Positions 1-10,130 of a stretch of 64,000 nt of DNA are shown here, in pieces. The position numbers and the translations under genes were made by a program. Each line of letters opens with the position of its first letter. The first letter of the stretch is position 1. The stretch spans positions 32,001-96,000 of the forward strand of contig JAYQJW010000002.1 in assembly GCA_038142325.1 (NCBI GenBank), in the 5' to 3' direction. The stretch comes from Gammaproteobacteria bacterium (lineage in GTDB: Bacteria; Pseudomonadota; Gammaproteobacteria; GCA-002705445; GCA-002716945). A model generated the notes under the pieces. That model worked only from the letters and a program-made list of their open reading frames with translations. It was not told the DNA's origin and made no database searches.

Positions 1-948
1 TTACTTGAATCACCAAGCAGTGTCTCGACTTCTGTTGGTCTGTGATACTTCGGATCAATCTTAATAATTGTTTTACCATTCGAAATGCCAACTTCATCAA
101 TACCTGATCCATTCCACTCTAAAGGCAAATCAATTTTTTTTGCTACTATTTCAACGAAGTCTCTAACGCTATGCTGCTCGCCTGTTGAAATTACCAAGTC
201 TGTAGGATTATCATGCTGCAACATTAACCACATTGCTTTAACATAATCTTTTGCATGACCCCAATCTCTTTTCGCATCCAAATTACCAAGTAACAAGCAA
301 TCCTGCAAGCCTGCTTTAATCCTTGCCATTGCCATAGTTATTTTTCTAGTTACAAATGTTTCCCCTCTGATAGGGCTTTCATGATTAAATAGAATCCCGT
401 TACAGGCGAACATATCATATGCTTCTCTATAATTCACAGTTATCCAATATGCATAAAGTTTTGCAACCGCATATGGACTTCCTTGGATAAAAAGGAGTTG
501 TCTCTTTTTGAGGCGTCTCTCTGACAGCACCAAATAATTCTGATGTAGATGCTTGGTAGTATTTCACGGACTTGGTCAGGCCTAATATTCTTATTGCTTC
601 AAGAATTCTAAGAGCACCAATTGCATCAGAGTTTGCAGTGTATTCAGGTTCTTCAAAGCTAACTTGAACATGAGATTGTGCAGCCAAGTTATATATCTCA
701 CATGGATTTGACTTTTTTATTATGTGGAAAAGCGAGGATGAATCAGTCATATCCCCGTGGTAAAGGAAAAAATCTTTATTTCTATGTCTTAAATCATTGA
801 ATATCTCGTCAATTCTAGCTGTATTTATAATCGACGTTCTTCTTTTAATACCGTGAACAATATAACCTTTGTTAAGAAGAAGTCGTGCTAAGTACGCGCC
901 ATCCTGACCAGTTATACCTGTTATTAGTGCTGATTTTTTATCTGCCAT
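1..948 (-). CDS. gmd: GDP-mannose 4,6-dehydratase (runs off the window; frameshift near 480)
   Basis: [34 protein letters not shown]. After the frameshift the reading continues SPYAVAK...[20 protein letters not shown]...[10 protein letters not shown]. Confidence 0.95.
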
Positions 949-2360
949 ATTGATCTTCGAGTCTTTCTATATCTGATTCTAAAAGTCTTGTTCCCGATTG
1001 TACCTCTATAATTTCTAAAGTGTCATCTGATTTATTTTCTAGTCTGTGAATCTCCTCTTTCTCGATATAAATTGATTCATTTGAAGACAAAGTAAGAGTA
1101 TCAGAACCTTTGGTTACAAAAGCCGTACCTTTGATAACGACCCAATGTTCTGATCTGTGTTTATGGCGCTGCAAACTTATTGACTTGCCAGGCTCTATAA
1201 CTATTTTCTTTACTTTATATGAGTCCCCTTGGTCAAGTTGTTCATACCATCCCCATGGCGTGAAGACTTTAGTATGTTCATCAACGATATCGTTATTGTG
1301 TTCACCATGAAGCTTGACAATGGATTTAACATTTTTTGCATCATTAATATTTGCTACAAGTATCGAGTCTTTTGTTTCAACTACTATTAAATTATCGACA
1401 TTCACAAGACTAATATTTCTGTTCGTTGAGATCGCGATGTTATTTCTTGCTTCAAAGCTCACCACATCACCGGTGCATGTATTACCAGAGTTATCTATTG
1501 GATACTGGTTCTTGTAGGATAGAAAGGATCCCATGTCATCCCATCCTACATCAAGCATACTCAAATAGACGCGTATGCCCAACATGTTAAATTTCTCCAT
1601 TACAGCATAATCAATCGAATCACTCTCTAATGATTCGAAAGATTTTTTTCTCAAGTCGAATAAACAAGTTATCTATTTTCCTAGAGTTCCATGCTTGCTG
1701 AGAGAGATCATGAATATTTTTACTGGTCCTGCCTATTGCCTTAATCCAAGTTGATGGGTGCATGATGAATATTCCGGAATTCCAAGAGTAATTTCCATCT
1801 TTAATCATTAACTTTGCTTTGTCTGATTCAGGCTTTTCAATAAATTCACAAACTAATCTAAAGTCTCTATCACTCTTTGAATAAATGTATCCATAACCAG
1901 TGTTAGAATCTGATGGTTCTATCCCAAAAGTATATATAGAGTCATGTTCACATGCTTTTGCTGATTTTATTAATGTATCTGCAAGGATATTTTCATCATT
2001 GATATCATGATCTGCGGGCATCACGATCATAACGGAATCCTTATCTGCAGCATTAGCAGCAATAGTTAATGCTGGAGCAGTATTCCTTGGAACTGGTTCC
2101 AATATTATCTCAATCTTGTGCATCATGTTCAAAACTTCAGACTGTTTCAAAACTAAAAATCTATGTCTTTCGTTTGTCACTATTATTATTTTGTCAATTT
2201 TTGAGCCGCTACAAGCTAGTTTATTTACCCTGCAGAGTGTTTTTTGAAACATTGATAATTGAGTTTTCAAAGATATAAACTGTTTAGGAAAGGAATGTCT
2301 TGATAATGGCCAAAGCCTTGTGCCAGAGCCACCGCATAATATAACTGGGGTTATCTTCAT
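938..2360 (-). CDS. manC: Mannose-1-phosphate guanylyltransferase / mannose-6-phosphate isomerase (frameshift near 1650)
   Basis: [42 protein letters not shown], and a C-terminal cupin ([14 protein letters not shown]). ORFs 1620-2360 and 938-1654 merged. Confidence 0.93.
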
Positions 2361-2484
2361 TCCAATAAATCTCTATTTTGCGTTATCAAACATTGATTGT
2401 CACAATAATTAAGTAAAACATCATTATTAATAAATTTTAACATAAACAAGGATTTGATATAGAAAACAAGTTAAAATTGGACAA

Positions 2485-3166
2485 ATGAATAATAAAGAAA
2501 CTACTAATGAAATAAACCTTATTGATTTACTTGTCGTACTGATTAAGAGAAAATCACTTTTACTTATTTTTTCTGCCTTAGGCTTGTTACTAGGTTCTGT
2601 GTACACTCAAACATGAACCCAGATATCAGACATCATTTACTGTCAATATAGATCATCCTCTTATTCCTAATGATTTTGTTATGACTTCAGATGTTAGAGA
2701 CCTTATTGCAAGCAGCGAGATGTTCGGAATAGAGGGTATTTCGCCTCATTTGTCATACAGCAAAGCGACTGAAAGATTTACAATCATCAGTAATACTAAA
2801 GAAATTCATAATGATGTAGAGACTTTATTTAAAATTTCTTTTGAAGCTCGTATTAAAGATCTGATCAAGACTGCCAATAATATTAGAACAGATCAAATTG
2901 ATCTTCTAAGTTATGCTGGAAAGAATTTAGCGCCGAGCACGTTACTCTTGCTTATTGAAAAAGATGAACTGAATAATTTAAAAAATGAGGCGATGAGAAG
3001 TCTCAAATTTAATTTTGGGCCAACAATTACATTTCATCCTAAAGTAAAAAAGTATGGATTTATCGGAGTTATTTTAGGCTTATTTGCAGGGATCCTAATG
3101 GTTATAGTATCTATTTTATTTGATTCAATCAAATCAAGACAAAACACACGAAGCGATTATAGCTAG
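2485..3166 (+). CDS. Short Wzz/FepE-like polysaccharide chain-length determinant (frameshift near 2610)
   Basis: N-terminus MNNKETTNEINLIDLLVVLIKRKSLLLIFSALGLLLG resembles the Wzz 'EIDL' motif plus TM1. C-terminus has PKVKK...GVILGLFAG (TM2). Adjacent to gmd/manC. Confidence 0.65.
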
Positions 3167-3167
3167 A

Positions 3168-3240
3168 TGCCGGAAAGTGGAATCGAACCACTGACCTACG
3201 CGTTACGAATGCGGTGCTCTACCAACTGAGCTATTCCGGC
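3168..3240 (-). tRNA. tRNA-Thr (anticodon CGT), CCA not encoded
   Basis: Reverse complement GCCGGAATAGCTCAGTTGGTAGAGCACCGCATTCGTAACGCGTAGGTCAGTGGTTCGATTCCACTTTCCGGCA has an acceptor stem, D-arm, TTCGTAA anticodon loop and GTTCGATTC T-loop. Confidence 0.95.
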
Positions 3241-3289
3241 TGGAATACTATTCATAAATTAGCGATTATATTATCATAGTGAATCGCTA

Positions 3290-3492
3290 ATGAATATTAT
3301 ACTTAACAATATAAAAAATGAAGTTCATGAGAATATTACTGTAGAGAAGTTATTATTATTAAATAATATAAAAACTAAATATATTGCTGTGGAAATTAAT
3401 AAAAAGATAATACCCAAATCTAGATAAGAAAAGAATGTCGACTGTTGGAAGATGATAAGGTTGAAATCATTACTGCAATTGGAGGTGGTTAA
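3290..3492 (+). CDS. thiS: Sulfur carrier protein ThiS (interrupted near 3425; not in ORF track)
   Basis: MNIILN...[13 protein letters not shown]...[12 protein letters not shown] with the C-terminal GG; lies directly upstream of thiG. Confidence 0.9.
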
Positions 3493-3494
3493 TA

Positions 3495-4276
3495 TTGAAA
3501 AATTTAATAATAGATAATCAAAAATATAATTCCAGATTAATACTTGGCACAGGAAAATATAAAGACTTTAAAGAAACTGCATTAGCATTAGAAGCAAGTG
3601 GTTGCGAGATGGTAACCGTAGCAATACGTAGGATAAACATAGGACAGGAAAAAAATACACAAAATTTATTAGATATAATCTCGCCAGAAAAATATACTAT
3701 ATTGCCAAATACCGCAGGTTGTTATACAAGTGAAGATGCAGTGAGAACTTGTGAAATAGCTTCAGAGCTGTTGTCTGGTTCGATGCTGGTTAAATTAGAA
3801 GTTCTCAGTCGAAGTGAAACTTTATATCCAAATGTAGTTGAAACCATTAAAGCTGCAGAAGTCCTTGTAAAAAAAGGTTTTAAAGTAATGGTATATACGA
3901 GCGATGATCCCATAGTTGCAAAAGAGTTAGAAATGATAGGCTGTGAGTGCATAATGCCGTTAGGCTCGGCAATTGGATCTGGTCTAGGAATAATAAATCA
4001 TTTTAATATTAAAGAAATTGTTAAAAATGCGAGTGTCCCTATCATCGTGGATGCAGGAGTAGGCACAGCAAGTGATGCGTGTATTGCAATGGAACTTGGA
4101 TGTGACGGAGTTTTAATGAACACCGCCATAGCATGTGCTAAAGAACCAATTATTATGGCTAAAGCTATGAAAAATGCAGTCCAAGCAGGAAGACAAGCAT
4201 ATCTTGCTGGAAGAATGCAAAAAAAAATATAGGTTCACCATCGTCACCAACAAGTGGCATCATCACTGATGAATAG
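3495..4276 (+). CDS. thiG: Thiazole synthase (C-terminal frameshift in poly-A near 4225)
   Basis: [40 protein letters not shown]. The tail GSPSSP is in the shifted frame. Confidence 0.95.
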
Positions 4277-4852
4277 ACCTGTATTTTACAAATCATTTAG
4301 ATCGAGAAAATCAAAAGAAACAAATCTAACCTATAAATCATTAAAATAATTTAATTGATAAAAGATCAAAAATAATTCTAGATATTGGATTTGGAACTGG
4401 GGATTCGTCCATAGCACTTAAAGAAATGTATAAAAATTATACAGTAATGGGTATCGAAGCTTACATACCTGGCATACAACGTCTTGAATCAAAGGGTATT
4501 GCAGCTCATTGTGGAGATGTAGAAATCCTTGAAAGTTTAAATAATAACTCAATATCTCAAATATACATGCTCTTTCCAGATCCATGGCAAAAAGTCTTAA
4601 ACACAGGAAAAGAAGATTATTTACTAGTTATACTTTTGAGATTATTAAAAATATTCTTGGCAAATGGGTCTTTTCAATTCACAACAGATAATATAAATTA
4701 TGCTTTCAAGTGCAAAAAATATTATTGAAAATGTCATGCTCTGAAAAATAAATTTTTCAAGATCACGTGGAACAAGGCCAATAACTAAATATGAAATCAA
4801 GGCAAAGAAGAAAAGAAATTTTATCTTTGATCTTATTTATTTCAAGCGTTAA
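4269..4852 (+). CDS. trmB: tRNA (guanine-N7)-methyltransferase (several frameshifts)
   Basis: LDIGFGTG, GIEAY, FPDPW, RPITKYE; conserved thiS-thiG-trmB order. Confidence 0.85.
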
Positions 4853-6209
4853 CAGGCTTTCTCTCAATAATGAGAGATATTAGAAAACCAAAAATAATTC
4901 CTGTCCATATATGAGTATTAATTCCAGAAAATAGCTCTATGGATAAAATAGGGAAAGCTAATGTACTCAAAAAAGTAATCCAACAAACTAATCCTTTCCT
5001 TGCATCACTTTTATAAAGAGATGACATTTTTTTTATTTTGATTAAAGGTATGACTGCAAAAATCACAATAATACCAAGTGTTGCCTCAGGTAAATCAAAA
5101 AGCAAAGGTGTTGCATATAGCAGAGTAATCATAACTATTAATGTTGTTGTAATTGAAGAAACAGGACTATAAGCGCCAACAGACTCATTGACAGCTGATC
5201 TAGAAAAAGATCCAGAGACAGGATAAGCTCCCGAAACACTGGATGCAATATTACCTAATCCTTGGCCAAATAATTCTTGGTTAGAATTCACGGGAGTTGG
5301 ATATTTATATAACTCAACACCTTTCGAGTTTTTAGAAGCCTCTTTTTGCTCTAACTGTCTAGCTATTGCTATCGCTTCCATAAAGCCAACAAAACTTATT
5401 ATCACAGTGTGAATAATAAACATGATAATTAATTCTGGACTTAGGTTAAATAACTTAAAAGAGAACTCAGGTAGTCCTTCTGGAATCTCTCCTACGATAG
5501 GGCCTTGATAATTAAATCCTTTAGATATGAATATTGTTATAACCACTGCTGCGAGCACGGCAATGTTTGCAAACAACTGATACCTTGTTAGTTTATTTTT
5601 AAAAATATATAAAACTATCAAAGCAACAAGAGACATCATTACAGCAGATTGATTAATTGGGGAATGTTGTAAAAAACTCTCAAAGTTTATTAGGTTAGTT
5701 ATAGTTACTTTGTCTAAGCCAAATACTTTACTGAGTTGAGAACTTGCAATGATTAATGCTGCTGCCGAGGTAAAACCAAGTATCACATGCTCTTTTAAAA
5801 CTATATCAATGAGCTTACCTGCTTTAGAAAGCGATAAGGTAATTTGAAAAATACCGACACTAAATGCGAGCATTATAGCTAGAGGTACATACATACTTTG
5901 GTCACCTAGCGATAAAGATGTTATTGCCACTGCGGTAAGCAGACTTACCATAGCAACCGGGCCAGTAGCTAGATACCTAGATGAACCAAAAAAGGCAGCT
6001 ATTGCTACAGGTATAAAAGATGCATATAAACCATAAATTGGTTCAAGATTAGCCAATGTTGCATATGCCATGGATTGTGGAATTATTATCATCGCAATTG
6101 TAGTCCCAGCAATGATGTCTCTTAAAAGATATTCTTTTTTTGAAAATGCATCAGGAAGCCATGATGCAAAATTTAGTACTAATGATTGAATGTATAAGAA
6201 ATAGTTGAT
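4842..6209 (-). CDS. SulP/SLC26 anion permease lacking a C-terminal STAS domain
   Basis: DIIAG...IIPQSMAYA, GLYASF, GSSRYLATGP, NQELFGQGLGN, GSFSRSAVN. The frame is open upstream of the 6092 ATG to about 6209, where GAGGT precedes an ATC. Confidence 0.85.
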   Translation of the reverse strand: MNYFLYIQSLVLNFASWLPDAFSKKEYLLRDIIAGTTIAMIIIPQSMAYATLANLEPIYGLYASFIPVAIAAFFGSSRYLATGPVAMVSLLTAVAITSLSLGDQSMYVPLAIMLAFSVGIFQITLSLSKAGKLIDIVLKEHVILGFTSAAALIIASSQLSKVFGLDKVTITNLINFESFLQHSPINQSAVMMSLVALIVLYIFKNKLTRYQLFANIAVLAAVVITIFISKGFNYQGPIVGEIPEGLPEFSFKLFNLSPELIIMFIIHTVIISFVGFMEAIAIARQLEQKEASKNSKGVELYKYPTPVNSNQELFGQGLGNIASSVSGAYPVSGSFSRSAVNESVGAYSPVSSITTTLIVMITLLYATPLLFDLPEATLGIIVIFAVIPLIKIKKMSSLYKSDARKGLVCWITFLSTLAFPILSIELFSGINTHIWTGIIFGFLISLIIERKPVNA

Positions 6210-6261
6210 TTTATACCTCAGTGAGACTCTATTAAGTTGCTATAATATAATTAAAAAAGAC

Positions 6262-7290
6262 ATGAAATACAAACGCCTTGCAAACACAGATATTGATGTC
6301 AGCCTAATTTGCTTAGGAACTATGACATATGGTGAACAAAATAGTGAGTCTGAAGCACATGAGCAATTAGATTATTCAATTTCTCAAGGAGTAAATTTTA
6401 TAGATACAGCTGAAATGTACGCAATACCACCAAAAGAGGAAACACAAGGAAAAACTGAAGAAATTATTGGCTCTTGGTTAGCAAAAAGAAATAACAGACA
6501 AGATATTATCCTTGCAACTAAAGTTGCTGGCCCTGGAATGGAATATCTACGTGGAGGCTCAAGATTAAATAAAAAACATATATTTGAAGCTGTAAATCAA
6601 TCACTGATGAGACTTCAGACTGATTATATTGATTTATATCAGGTTCACTGGCCAGAGAGAAAATCGAATTTTTTTGGAAGATTAGGTTATGAATATACTG
6701 ATGATATGGGAACGCCTATAGAAGAAACATTGCAAGCCATGTCTGATTTAGTAAGATCTGGTAAAGTACGACATATTGGTATATCCAACGAAACACCATG
6801 GGGAACAAATAAATATCTTCAGTTAGCAAATGAAAAAAACAAGAAAAAATTGTATCTATACAAAATCCATATTCATTATTGAATCGAATCTATGAGGTGG
6901 GTTTAGCAGAAATTTCACAACATGAAAACGTAGGCTTACTTGCATACTCTCCCCTGGGTTTTGGACAACTTACAGGAAAGTATATTAAAAAAACGGATAA
7001 GAATTCACGTCTTGGCTCTATATGGAGACTGGTTTACAAGATACAGTAATAATGAATGTCTTAAGTCTGTAAAAGCTTATGCGAAAATAGCAGAAAAATA
7101 TGATATGTCACTAACTCACCTAGCTCTTGCGTTTGTAAATTCTCAGCCTTTTGTAACATCAAATATAATTGGAGCAACCACAATGGATCAACTGAGAGAA
7201 AATATTGAATCTGTTAATATTGAACTTAGTGAAGATATTTTAGAAGAGATTAATCAAGTTCACTCATCTCAACCAAATCCAGCACCATAA
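6262..7290 (+). CDS. tas: NADP(H)-dependent aldo/keto reductase, Tas family (frameshifts near 6840-6940)
   Basis: CLGTMTYGEQN, DTAEMY, LATKV, DLYQVHWP, GISNETPWG, IIGATT, C-terminal PNPAP. Confidence 0.9.
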
Positions 7291-7301
7291 AAATAATTTC
7301 T

Positions 7302-7987
7302 TCAAGCAAAGTGGTTTATAATTCTTTGTTTAATTTCATCCATATCGCTGAATACTTTAATGATATAGTTTCAATGTTAATAACACCTGGTTTTATTATC
7401 AACGAGTTTTTGCTCCAGTACTTTCCTGCATCATGATTCATTAATATAGATTCCATCTTCAAGACATCAAGAATTTTAAAAATTCCCTTTTTCAAACTTG
7501 ATTGCTCACCATAAGCTATTCTAGTACCCTCAGGAAAAATAATAAGTGTTCGATTTTTATTTATATGATCACCACATGACTTAATAATTTTTTTAGAGAC
7601 TTCCTTCCATCTGCCCTATCTAATGGATATATTCTTCAACAGATATAAACACCAACCAAAAATAGGAATCATTAGAAGCTCTTTCTTTAGAATAAATATC
7701 GGCTTTTGAACAAATGCAGCTAGAAATATAGTCTCCCATGCTGATTGATGCCTTGAGATAATAAGCTGGGATGAGTTAAATCAGGCCCTGATAATTTAAA
7801 CGATAAAGAACAAAAGTATTTCAAAAAAAAAGATTATATCTACACCAAATCTTAGAAATTAGTTTAAACATAGCCTGTATGAAAATAAACCAAGTAAAAA
7901 TGCAATTGGTCCTATCAAAAAAACAGATAAAACTAAATTGATCCAAAACAGTATAGATTTAAATATTAAGAATGTATTGCTTATCAT
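7302..7987 (-). CDS. plsC: 1-acyl-sn-glycerol-3-phosphate acyltransferase (several frameshifts; not in ORF track)
   Basis: HQSAWET, KKELLMIPIFGW and IFPEGTR read on the minus strand; follows gmhB as in the conserved GlyRS-gmhB-plsC order. Confidence 0.85.
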
Positions 7988-8519
7988 AATCTATAACAAA
8001 TTGTGCTGCATCATATAAACAATCAAACATATCTATATTAGGCATTGAATTAGAAATTTCCTCTCCGTTGCCTGTTCTTACACCCAATGGTTTACATCCA
8101 GATGAAAGTGCAGCTTCCATGTCACGTGGTGAATCACCTATTGCAAAAACATCAGTCAAATCAAGATTTAGTCTTTGTGATATTTCTAAATACATGCCGG
8201 GCTTGGGTTTACGATTAATAGAATTAGAATCTGGATGATCAAAACAGTAATAGGTCAGATAAATACTTGCACCTATGTTACTGCAACTATTTATAAACTT
8301 TTTATGTATCGTTAACGAGTCAGAATAATTTATTATTCCACGGCTAACACCAGCTTGATTGGAAATAATTATAATTTTGTACTGGTTTTGAGTGAGAAGA
8401 TTAAGAGCTTCTAGGCTCTTAGGAATAGGGTTCCATTCATGTGCTTTTTTAATGTATTCTGAAGAATCAAAATTAATTACACCATCACGATCTAGAATAA
8501 TATACTTGCTCTTAGTCAT
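7959..8519 (-). CDS. gmhB: D-glycero-D-manno-heptose 1,7-bisphosphate phosphatase
   Basis: LDRDGVIN, SNQAG, RKPKPGM, IGDSPRD, VRTGNG. Confidence 0.9.
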   Translation of the reverse strand: MTKSKYIILDRDGVINFDSSEYIKKAHEWNPIPKSLEALNLLTQNQYKIIIISNQAGVSRGIINYSDSLTIHKKFINSCSNIGASIYLTYYCFDHPDSNSINRKPKPGMYLEISQRLNLDLTDVFAIGDSPRDMEAALSSGCKPLGVRTGNGEEISNSMPNIDMFDCLYDAAQFVIDYDKQYILNI

Positions 8520-9871
8520 TAGAAAAGTAATTAGAGAAGTGTGATTTTAATTCTGTTTTAAGCATTACGGATTGTTCCAATGAATCGCGATCACGAATAG
8601 TTACAGTATTTTTTTATAAGCTATCAAAGTCTACAGTTATGCAAATTGGTGTCCCAATTTCATCGTGTTTTCTATAGCTTTTACCTATGTTACCAGTATT
8701 TTCAACAACTGTTCTACCTAGCTGAAGTGACTGTAATGAGGATTTAATTGAATGTGCCAAGTTTACAAGATCGGAATTATTTCTTTTTAAAGGTATGACT
8801 GCAGCTTTGATAGGAGATAAATGTTTCTTCAGCTTAAGGACTGTCCTACTCTTATCGTCGGCTAGCTCTTCAACAGTATATGCTTCATTTAATAGAGCTA
8901 ATACACCTCTATCTACACCTGCTGATGGTTCAATAACGTAAGGCGTTATCCATGATTTATCTTCTGATTGTACAGCTAGTCGAGTATTAGACGAGTTATT
9001 AGCTTTTACATTAGATGATAAATTAAGTTCAGATTGATTCTTTGTATGAGAACCCAAATCAAAGTCCGTTCGATTTGCAATTCCCTCTAACTCTTCATTT
9101 CCATGTGGAAATTCATACATAATATCAACTGTTGCTTTAGAATAGTGAGCTAAATCATCGCCAGTAACATCTAGTAAATTTAATTTATCTTTGGGAATGC
9201 CTTGTTGAATCCACCAATTAACTCTCTCATCTACCCATATCTTGTGCCATTTGTCATCTTCACCAGGTAATACAAAAAACTCCAACTCCATTTGCTCAAA
9301 TTCTCTGACTCGGAATATAAAGTTTCTTGGTGTAATTTCGTTTCTAAAAGATTTACCAATCTGTGCGATACCAAATGGTAACGATCTTGATGTTGAATCT
9401 AAAACATTTTTGAAATTTATAAAAATTTGTTGAGCAGTTTCAGGCCTTAAGTATGCAGTTGATGAATCATCGATAACAGGGCCTACATTAGTTTTAAGCA
9501 TAAGATTAAAAGCTCTTGGTTCAGTTAAATTTTTTGATCCACAGTTTGGGACATTGATCATCTATTTGGTCTTGTCTCCATCTTGATTTACAGTCTTTAC
9601 AATCAACCATTGGATCTGTGAATGTGTCTTGGTGCCCGGAATAATTTAGTACATCTGGATGTGTAAGTATTGATGTATCTAAACCTTCTATATCATCACG
9701 ATTATAAACAACAGATTTCCACCAAGAGTTTTTTAGATTATTTTTGAGTTCTACACCTAGTGGACCATAATCATAGACGCCCTGCATACCTCCATAAATT
9801 TCATTGGATTGGAATATGAACCCTCTTCTTTTGCAGAGAGCTACAAGCTCTTCCATGGTGTTTGCTGTCAA
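8512..9871 (-). CDS. glyQS: Glycine--tRNA ligase, homodimeric alpha2 (GlyRS-1) type (frameshifts near 9540 and 8612)
   Basis: [64 protein letters not shown], and the anticodon domain [14 protein letters not shown]...VTIRDRD. Confidence 0.95.
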
Positions 9872-9974
9872 TTTAACTCCTAACGAATAGAGAAATTATA
9901 CTTGGATATATTGCAAGTTGTATAAATTTTTATTCTAAATATCACTTATTTAGATTTATATTTATCATTATTTA

Positions 9975-10033
9975 TGCTCATTTATTGTGCATATGCATTA
10001 ATTATAGTGATATATATGTACTATTTATGTGCA
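9975..10033. promoter_or_regulatory. Two NtrC-type enhancer sites upstream of glnA
   Basis: TGCTC-N7-GTGCA (9975-9991) and TGTAC-N7-GTGCA (10017-10033) match TGCAC-N7-GTGCA with one mismatch each. They are 42 bp apart, upstream of a sigma54 promoter, with ntrBC downstream. Confidence 0.75.
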
Positions 10034-10072
10034 TATATTGTTATAATATAGGGCATAGTATAGTGATATAAG

Positions 10073-10088
10073 TGGCATGATAAATGCA
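10073..10088 (+). promoter_or_regulatory. Sigma54 (-24/-12) promoter of glnA
   Basis: TGGCATGATAAATGCA has exact GG-N10-GC spacing and lies 42 bp upstream of the glnA ATG. Confidence 0.85.
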
Positions 10089-10130
10089 TTATATGTAATG
10101 CATAAATAAAAAACACTAGTGAGGATAAAA

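Noticed and set aside
3152-3289. 10-bp direct repeat AGCGATTATA flanking the tRNA, and a TAGCGATT/AATCGCTA inverted repeat upstream of thiS
   Set aside because: Short and AT-rich. One copy contains the likely tRNA -10 box (TATAAT on the minus strand). It is not an att duplication of the tRNA 3' end, and the 49-bp gap is too small for a TPP riboswitch.
4759-4774. parS-like AAGATCACGTGGAACA in trmB
   Set aside because: Only the right half matches; the first four bases of the left half mismatch, and it is far from the origin.
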